From: Lama guanicoe
Taxonomy: Eukaryota
Direction: 5' to 3'
Assembly: GCA_013239625.1 (NCBI GenBank)
Contig: MU054187.1
Span: forward strand, 11,945,325 to 12,009,324
Length of the DNA: 64,000 bases
A program made the translations under genes and the position numbers. Below are positions 55,864 to 64,000 of this stretch, one piece after another. Positions within the stretch are counted from its first letter, which is position 1; the number at the start of each line of letters is the position of its first letter. Under the pieces are notes generated by a model, which was not told the origin of the DNA, did no database searches, and saw only the letters and a program-made list of their open reading frames with translations.

Positions 55864-55933
55864 TATTCCTACCATGGACTCAAACCACAACTAATGACAT
55901 GAAAAATCATCGTTGTAATTTAACTACAAGAAC
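55864..55933 (-). tRNA. NUMT tRNA-Glu
   Basis: aatgacatgaaaaatcatcgttgta...aactacaagaac between ND6 and CYTB. Confidence 0.9.
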
Positions 55934-55937
55934 CCTA

Positions 55938-57077
55938 ATGACCAACATCCGAAAATCACACCCGCTACTGAAAATTATCAACAACGCAGTCATTGATCTC
56001 CCAGCCCCCTCCAATATTGCATCCTGATGAAACTTTGGCCCCTTACTAGGAGTCTGCCTCATCATGCAAATCCTAACGGGACTCTTCCTAGCGATAAACT
56101 ATACATCAGACACAGCAACCGCCTTTTCTTCAGTTCCACATATTTGCCGAGACATAAATTATGGCTGAATCATCCGGTACCTACATGCTAACGGGGCCTC
56201 TATATTCTTTCTTTGCTTATATATTCACGTAGGCCGAGGGCTTTACTATGGCTCATATGCTTTCCTAGAAACTTGAAATATCGGAATTATCTTGTTATTT
56301 GCGGTAATAGCAACAGCCTTCATAGGCTATGTCCTCCCCTGAGGACAAATTCATTTTGAGGAGCAACAGTAATCACCAACCTACTTCCAGCAATCCCACA
56401 CATCGGCACAACACTGGTAGAGTGAATTTGAGGGGGCTTCTCTGTAGACAAAGCCACTCTAACACGATTCTTTGCCTTCCACTTTATTCTGCCCTTCATC
56501 ACCACAGCCTTGGAAGGAGTACACCTATTATTTCTACACGAAACGGGCTCTAATAACCCGACTGGATTCTCCTCAGATACAGACAAAATCCCGTTCCACC
56601 CATACTATACAATTAAAGACATTTTCGGTGTCTTACTGCTAGTCCTAGCCCGACTTATCCTCGTACTATTCTCACCAGACCTATTAGGAGACCCCGAAAA
56701 TTATACCCCAGCCAACCCCCTCAACACACTGCTGCATATTAAGCCAGAACAGTATTTTTTATTCACATATGCCATCTTACGGTCAATTCCTAATAAACCA
56801 GGGGGTGTCTTGGCCCTAGTACTCTCAATCCTAGTTCTAGCACTAATCCCAGTACTACACACATCAAAACAACGAAGTATAATATTCCGCCCCATCAGCC
56901 AGTGCTTATTCTGAATCCTACTGGCTGACCTATTAACCTTGACCTGAATTAGAGGACAACCTGTTGAGCCCCCTTTCATTACGATTAGCCAAGTAGCATC
57001 TACCCTGTACTTCTCCTTAATCTTAATTTTAAATGCCAGAAGCAGGAATCATTGAGAACCGCCTCCTAAAGTGAAGA
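55938..57077 (+). pseudogene. MT-CYB: NUMT cytochrome b
   Basis: [38 protein letters not shown]; ends in AGA; frameshift near 56351. Confidence 0.98.
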
Positions 57078-57319
57078 GTCGTTGTAGCATATTGATTACG
57101 CTGGTCTTGTAAACCATTAAAGGAGGACCATGTCCTCCTTAAGACACAGGAAAGAGGCCAAAGCCCCACCACCAGCACCCAAACCTAGAATTCTTATTAA
57201 ACTACTCCCTGACCGCACACCACAGAAGCTGAAAGTCCTTGAGTACAATACTACTACTAAAAACAACATCATGTCTCAGGTACATGTATTTTTCCAATAC
57301 TTACATGTCACAGCATGCG
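57078..57319. other. NUMT tRNA-Thr (57078-57146 +), tRNA-Pro (57147-57212 -) and first ~107 bp of control region
   Basis: ggtcttgtaaacc; caccagcacccaaa...ttaaactactccctg; then atcatgtct...caatacttacatgtcacagcatgcg, resembling the recalled camelid D-loop 5' end. Confidence 0.88.
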
Positions 57320-57470
57320 AAGCTGTAACCCTGAAAATCGCGTAAGACCGAACCTAAGCCTCACACAGAAACTAGGCCGAACTGTAAACGTATCCCTAAC
57401 CCTGAACATACCTCTATTCTTCAACCTAGTCCAACCGTGTCCCTAGCCCTAAACCTGCATCTAGCCATAT
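57320..57470 (+). repeat. Telomere-like satellite, block T3 (right flank of NUMT)
   Basis: agctgtaaccctg...ccctaaccctgaacata...cctagtccaacc...ccctagccctaaacctgcatctagc, homologous to the ends of T1 and T4. Confidence 0.85.
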
Positions 57471-57606
57471 CCCTCCTTTAGGACATTCTATATAGTATCA
57501 TGGCCCAGGCCTCACCTACCCAGCTCTCCCTTTCCACCTCCCCAGTGCAGCCAAGGCCTCAATCACGAGCTACCCGACATGGGCGCCCCGACCAGCGCCC
57601 CCTTAC

Positions 57607-57820
57607 CTGCCAGGCGACAGCAGCAGAGGCGAAGGCACGCGGTGGCCCGGACCCAAAGCCATGTTCTTCCTCGGGGAGCCGGCCCAGGAGCACCCGTCTC
57701 CGGCTCAGCTTCCACACGCTCTGGGCGGGCTCCTGCGTCCGTCCACAAGTGTGTATCCGTGGGTGCGGTGCCCTCAGCTCCTCCTGCGGGTACAGCAGAC
57801 GCTGCGGCTGGGGCTCCTGA
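57607..57820 (-). pseudogene. GC-rich exon-like module, copy G3 (acceptor end degraded)
   Basis: Shares ccccttacctgccaggcgacagcagcagaggcgaaggcacg with the other copies. Confidence 0.5.
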
Positions 57821-58094
57821 GCTGCAGGACGCTACGAGTGGGGCCGAGCCAGGCTATGTGGGGCTCCGCAGTGCGACGGTGGGGAGGTGGGGCTGCCCCG
57901 CCCCATTGCCCAGGATTGGCTGCCCATGTCTCCGACCCCAACCTGGTCCCGGCACCCTTTTAGAACCACTACCCTTCCAGGGCGAGGCCACACACCCCAA
58001 AGTCCCACTCCCCACGCTCGCCGCCACACAAACCCCCCAGCCCTGTCATGGCCCTCGCACCCCCCAGCCAGGCCTGATCCCGGATCAGACCCAC

Positions 58095-58495
58095 AATACA
58101 CGGAACAAAGAAAACAAAAAATAAATGAGAGAAAGAAACAAAAGAAAGACAGCAAGAGAAAAGACAAGGACAAATGAGCATAAATGCAACATAGAAACAG
58201 ACTCATAGTCATAGAGTACAAACTTGTGTAAACCAGATTGGATGGGAGTGGGAGAGGATGAACTGGGAGCTCTGAACTTACAGATACTGACAGGTATATA
58301 AAGAATAGGTAACAAGATTATACCGTATAGCACTGGGAAATATATGCAAGATCTTGTGGTGGCTGATGTTGAAAGAGTATGCAACAATGACCATATGTAT
58401 GTTCATGTATAACTGAAAAATTGTGCTCTACACTGGAAATTGACACAACATTGTAAACTGACTATAACTCAATAAAATAAAATTGAAAAATAAGT
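58095..58495 (+). mobile_element. LINE-1 3'UTR fragment
   Basis: agaaacagactcatag...aaattgtgctctacactggaaattgacacaacattgtaaactgactataactcaataaaa, the same family as 13430-13725. Confidence 0.92.
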
Positions 58496-58730
58496 GAAGA
58501 AAGGACAATAAAATCATACATCGACCATCAGTCATCCACATGGGAAAAATACAATCCTTCTCTTGATCTCTTTACAAAAATACATCCGATACATTAAAAG
58601 CCTAAATGTCAAGGCCCAAACCATGAAACTCATATAAGGGGACATCCTTTATGCTATTAAAGTAGGAAGGGAAATAAAAGGCACACACATAAAATTTTCA
58701 CTTTAAAGGAAAAGACTGAGGTAGCCCAAT

Positions 58731-59251
58731 TGCAATAGAGGAGAACAGATCTGACTCTATATTGGATCTGTTCCTTTAAGTTTTAACCACTGCGCCCTGT
58801 TTTCTAGGCTTCTTGCTGGCTCTGCTCCTTTTATGCAACAGTTGCCTTTAGCCTGAAACAAACAGGAGAGCCTATTCATGGGTCTCTGCCCTTTAAGGAT
58901 ATTGACACTTCTGCACTGAAACAAAGATAAAAAGTTGCAATAGAGAAACTAACCTTTCTTTTGTTGGAGGTTTACAGAGACACCATGGCCTGATCCACAC
59001 TGAGGGCTGCAAAAACAAACAATTCCTATAGCATGAAGTTTGTGACAACCAACCACACCCCCCTCCCATTATTTTGTAGGAAGGGAGCCTGTATTCTAAA
59101 TGGAGCAGAACGGTTCCCAAGACATTAGCCTGCCATCCTCTCGGTCTGCCAGCTTGCCGAATAAAGTCACTATTCCTTGTCCTAACACCTTACACCTCCT
59201 GAATTACTGGCCTACTGTGCACCGAGCAGAACAAGCTTTGACTTGGTAACA
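58731..59251 (+). mobile_element. Solo ERV LTR
   Basis: TG...CA termini (tgcaatagaggagaacagatctgactc ... ttggtaaca), internal aataaa at ~59160, length ~520 bp. Confidence 0.7.
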
Positions 59252-59254
59252 CTA

Positions 59255-59390
59255 TGAATCCATTTTACACATGAACAGACTGAGGCACAGACAAATCAAG
59301 GAACTTCCCAAGATCACACAGCCAGTAAGTTGGATTCCTGGGGTTCGAGCACTGGCCATCTGGCTCAAGGCTCAATGCTCTCAACCACTT
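59255..59390. mobile_element. MIR fragment
   Basis: ccattttacacatgaacagactgaggcacaga...cccaagatcacacagccagtaagt. Confidence 0.8.
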
Positions 59391-60149
59391 ACAGTTTTGG
59401 AAAACAGGACAGGATCAGAGCCAACCCAGACTTCCAACTCAGAGGGTGCCATTCCTGGGGTCACGGCCCTACGGCCTAGCACCTCCTGCTGTCCTGCACA
59501 AACGCCTCCCTGCCCTGTAGTCCCAGACACAAATCTGCCAAGAGCCAGGTAGATAACTTAAGATGCACGAACCAGACCCCGGGCTACAGGGTGGGGTGGG
59601 GACTGCGTGAACTGGAAGATACTCCCCCCCACTATAGATGGCAGCCACCACTAATCTAAAGGCAAGTGTGAATTACATGCCTGTCATTGCCACATCTTCT
59701 GCTTGTTCAAGACTAATCAGAAGTTGAGACCTTTATATGGCATCTTGGGTTATAAATGCTGGCAGCAGATTGACATTGTGAAATGCTGTTACCTCAAAAC
59801 CTATCTGTGAGCCCAAGTCTGATTAGGGCCCCCCTCCCCACCTCAACTTGTAACCTTGATAATAAACAAAAGGAACTGAACTAAATCCACAATCTTGGAA
59901 GCAGAAAACGGGTAAGTTCAGTGTTCTCCGCCTCCTGACTGGGAGGAAGCCCCAGGCACCCAAAATCAGCGGTTTCCGGTCCCAGGGCCCTGACACAGCT
60001 GAGAAAGGGGTCCTCACTCTTCCTGTCCCCTATCTGGGCATGCAGGGACATGGAACCTGGGGATGAACCCATTCTGGATCCTACTATGTTCCACGTTAAG
60101 TGCCAAAGGCCACAAAACCTCCACGTCACACCCTTCCCTGCCCAACTGA

Positions 60150-60811
60150 CTTCCATTTGTCTCTGAATGTTGTCCACCAGGGTCTCGACGGAACTCGCGA
60201 TGTTCCAGGGGGCCTCCTGGGTGCTGACCTGGATCAAGCTCCGGCCACAGAGTGTACACACCTCTTTCTAAGTGACGTGAGGGCAGCAAAGGGACACTTA
60301 GGGAGCTTTGGAAAATGGTGGCACAAAGGTCCGACGCTAGATCCCAAAGCTCACAATCCTAGACCAAGGATGCTGCCAGGACTCGTGGGTATTACTTGGT
60401 CCACAGAAGGTACTATGAACTGGTAGGACACTTACCACGTTATTTCCCTTCTTTGGTCCAGATGCCACCCCTAGCCCTGCCTGGGAAAGCTTCTCTGCTC
60501 ACCTTGCGAGCTGGGGCCCATGGGGAAATCCTTGGTCTCTTCAGAAGCCTTGCTCATGACCAGCCCCTTGACGAGTGTGCGGATGGAATCCCCCTGGTCC
60601 GTACGAAGCTCTGGTCAGTCTGGCCCCCCAGGGTCCCGCGGTACCTGCCATGGCTCCTGGCTTGTGGGTTCTCACAGAGGGGATGGGAAGAACTCAAGGT
60701 CAGGCCAGGGTTGGGACACAGGTCCTACCTGGTTGGAGAGATGCTCCAGGCAGCCGTGAAGCTTGTCCTGCTTGTCCGATGGGATCCTCATGGCACAGGG
60801 CAGCTCGTCGC
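60150..60811 (-). pseudogene. PREX1: PREX1 unprocessed pseudogene fragment, block 2 (exons 60729-60811, 60503-60593, ~60150-60268)
   Basis: [28 protein letters not shown] | GDSIRTLVKGLVMSKASEETKDFPM | [19 protein letters not shown]...TLVDNIQR match consecutive recalled P-Rex1 sequence; AG/GT sites on the first two exons. Confidence 0.92.
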
Positions 60812-61121
60812 CTGGCACAAGGAAGAAACCAGCGCCATCAGCTATTCCTACCTCATGTCACACCTTCCCAGCCTCTTTCCCAGGAAAGCAACATAGCAAC
60901 AGAGCTCCACAACCCACAGCGTGTTTGAGCTCTGGAAGACCCCGGCCTGGCTGTGTGACACTGCACAATTCACTTGACCTCTCTGAGCCTCCGTTTCTTC
61001 ATCTGCAAAATGGGCACAGGAACTAAAACATTACACAATTTTAAGTCATCATGGAACTTTCCACTCTACAAATAAGGAGACAAAGGGAAAGAACTACATC
61101 CCAAGTCCCCTATTCATTCCC

Positions 61122-63237
61122 AGCGTTACTAAAGAAAAAGAACAAAGCTGGAGAAATAAGCCACCCAGAATTCAGACAGTACTACAGACCTATGATCAAA
61201 ACAGCATGGGATTCCTACGAAAACGGACATATGGATCAGTGGGACAGAAATCAGAGCCCAGAAATAAACCCGCAAACTTTTCGCCAATTAATCTCTGACA
61301 AAGGAGAAAAGAACATACCATGGAGGCAACGCAGTCTCTTCAGCAAAGGCTGTAGGGAAAACTGGACAGCTGCGTGGAAATCAATGAAGCTAGATGACTG
61401 CCTAACACCGTACACAGAAATAAACTCAGAATGCCTTAAAAACTTGAACGGAAGACCGGAATCTATAAACCTCTTCAAACAACACACAGGCAACACATTA
61501 CCTCACATACATCTCAGCAACGATCTCCTAGGGCACTCTACCCCAGCACCAGAAGGAAAAGCACAAGCACACACACACACGGGACCTAGCTGAGCTCCCA
61601 GGCTTCCGCACAGCACAGGGAACCATGAGGAAACCAAAAGGACAACCTACTGAAAGGGCGAAAATACCTGCAAACGATTCGACTGACAAAGGCTTCATTT
61701 CCAGACTACGTAATCAGGGCATACAACTTAGTAACCGAACAACACACACCCCAATCCAAACACGGGCAGAAGACCTGAACACGCATTTCTCCAATGAAGA
61801 CATACAAACGGCCAACGGGCACACGAACAAAATGCTCACTATCTCTCCTTATCAGACAAACGCCAAGTCAACACTACAACGAGGCATTACCTCACACACG
61901 CAGTCAGAAAGCCCATCATTCAACAGAAGTCCACAAAGGAGAAACACTGGTAGGCTGTGGACAGAAGGGGACCCTCCTACAGTGCTGGTGGCACTGTAGT
62001 TTGGCATAGCCACTGTGAAAGACAGTTTGGAGATTCTTCCAAAGACTAACTAAACCCACAGTTGCCAAAACATTTCGATCTCGGGGGCAGGCCGACAACT
62101 TCCCAAAAGCCCCGGGCCTCGCCCATTATTCCAACCTGGAGGGCCCAGGGCGGCCTGCCACCGCCAGGCAGGTCCACCTAAGCAGGAAGGCCATGGCCTG
62201 AGGACCGGTCAGAGGTGCTCCAAGGTCACTTCGGTGCCCTCCCACCTCCCGGGGCTGCTCCCGTTTTCCCAAAGCCACGTGCGAGCTGCGATGAAGACAC
62301 CAGGGTTCAGTGATTATTGATGGCAGGGGCGATGCACCACAAACCAGGGTGGCGGCCCCGGACCCGCCTCAGGGGCCTAATGGGCCATGAGGCCCAGGCC
62401 TCACCTACACAGCCCTCCCTGTGCGCCTCCCCAGTGCAGCCCAGGCCTCAGCCACCAGCTGCTCGACCTGCCCGCCCCCACCGGCGCCCCCTTACCTGCC
62501 AGGCGACAGCAGCGGAGGCGAAGGCACGCGGCGGCCGGACCCAGGGCTGTGCTCCTCCTCGGGCAGCCGACCCAGAAGCACCCGGCCCCGGCCCAGCTCC
62601 CGCAAGCCCTGGGCCGGCTCCCGCACAGTCCTGCATGCGCGTCCTCGTCACCGCCCTTCCCCCTCCTGCCGGTAGCTGGGACGCTCCGGCTGGGGCTCCC
62701 GCACTAAGGGACACGGCCAGTGGGGCCGACAGGGGCCGGGTCCGATAGGGGCCGAGCCCGGCCACGCGAGGCCAGGCCGAGGGGCGGTGGGGCTGGTCCA
62801 CCCCGTGGCCCAGACTGGCCAGCCCCGTGGCCCAGGACTGGGTAGCCGAGTTTCAACCCCCAATGCCACCCCACCCATACACTGACAGGTTCATAACGCA
62901 CCTAGGCCTAACACTGAACCTTGCCATAAACCTCAATATACCCCTAATTTCCAACCTAGCCCTACAACTAAATATAGCCCTTACCCTGTACCTAGAACAA
63001 ACACTGAACCTAGCCTTAAGGCTGAACCTAGCCCTACTGGAGAACACACACCTAACACTGCATGTAGCCCTAATCCCTAAACTAGCTGTAACCCTGTAAC
63101 TAGCCCTATCCTAAACCTAGCCCTAACCTTGAACCTAGCCCTGACAGTGAACCTAGCCCAACTGTGAAAACAGCCCTAACCCTGAACATAGCCTGAACCC
63201 TGAACCTAACCCTAATCCTAACCCTCAACCAAGCCCT
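61122..63237 (+). repeat. Copy 2 of the ~2.1 kb direct duplication (L1 fragment to ~62060, GC-rich module, satellite)
   Basis: Colinear with 43193-45288. Confidence 0.95.
62496..62703 (-). pseudogene. GC-rich exon-like module, copy G4 (208 bp)
   Basis: Same acceptor and donor as G1/G2; one base shorter. Confidence 0.55.
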
Positions 63238-63400
63238 CACCCAGCACCTAGCCCTAACCCTGTGCGAAACACTAACAATGAACCCAGCCGTAAACCTGAA
63301 ACTTGCCTTAACGCTGAACACAGCACTAAGCCTGCATATAGCCTGAACCATGAACCTAGTCCAACTCTACCCCTAGCCCTAAAGCTGCAACTAGCAGTAT
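62895..63400 (+). repeat. Telomere-like satellite, block T4 (no NUMT)
   Basis: First part matches T2; last part matches the ends of T1 and T3. Confidence 0.9.
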
Positions 63401-63538
63401 CCCTGCTTTAGGGTTTCCTATATATACTATCACGGCCCGGGCCTCACCTACACAACCCTCCCTGAGCGCCTCCCCAGCGCAGCCCAGGCCTCAACCACCG
63501 GCTCCCCAACCTCCGCGCCCCCACCGGCGCCCCCTTAC

Positions 63539-63750
63539 CTGCCAGGCGACAGCAGCGGAGACGAAGTCACGCAGCGGCCCGGACTCCAGGCCGTGTTCCT
63601 CCACGGGGAGCAGGCCCAGGAACACTCGGCTCCAGGCCTGATACTCATGCCCTGCGCCGGCTCCTGCGTCAGGCCACAAGTGTGCATCCGTGGGCGCGGT
63701 GCCCTCAGCTCCTCCTGCAGGTAGTGTAGACGCTGGGGCTGGGGCTCCTG
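63539..63750 (-). pseudogene. GC-rich exon-like module, copy G5 (closest to G3)
   Basis: Shares the variant ccacaagtgtg.atccgtggg.gcggtgccctcagctcctcctgc with G3. Confidence 0.5.
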
Positions 63751-64000
63751 CGGTGCGGGACGCTATTAGTGGGGCCGAACCAGGCCATGCGGGGCTCGGC
63801 GGTGGGCCAGTGGGGTGGTGGGGCTGGCCCCCCTCATGGCCCGGGACTGGCTGTGTCCCTGACCCCAACAGGGTCCCGGCACCCGATTAGAACCACTACC
63901 CACCAAGGGCCAGGCCACAAACCCCACAGTCCTACTCCCCACACTCACCCCCACACAAATCCCCCAGCCCTGTCATGTCCCCCACACTCCCTGACCAGGC

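Overview
This is mammalian nuclear DNA, most likely camelid (inferred from the mitochondrial control-region fragment and the LINE-1 3' ends). I see no intact protein-coding gene. The window is a mosaic of duplicated and captured fragments: (i) a ~4 kb inverted duplication (~275-4320 vs ~25715-29875) carrying a chain of micro-exon-like segments; (ii) two blocks of an intron-containing PREX1 pseudogene on the minus strand, with exons out of order (34675-39231 and 60150-60811); (iii) a composite repeat made of a degenerate telomere-like (CCCTAA-related) hexamer satellite plus a GC-rich ~209-bp exon-like module (five copies); and (iv) a ~11.8 kb decayed NUMT (ND1 3' end to the start of the control region, 45508-57319) inside that satellite. 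The most interesting features are at the NUMT. Its left junction falls where the ND1 codons resemble the satellite. A NUMT-free paralog of the target site lies ~6 kb downstream. The light-strand origin hairpin is deleted, and ND2 contains a 31-bp micro-inversion. Gene and repeat names come from recalled sequences, not database searches.
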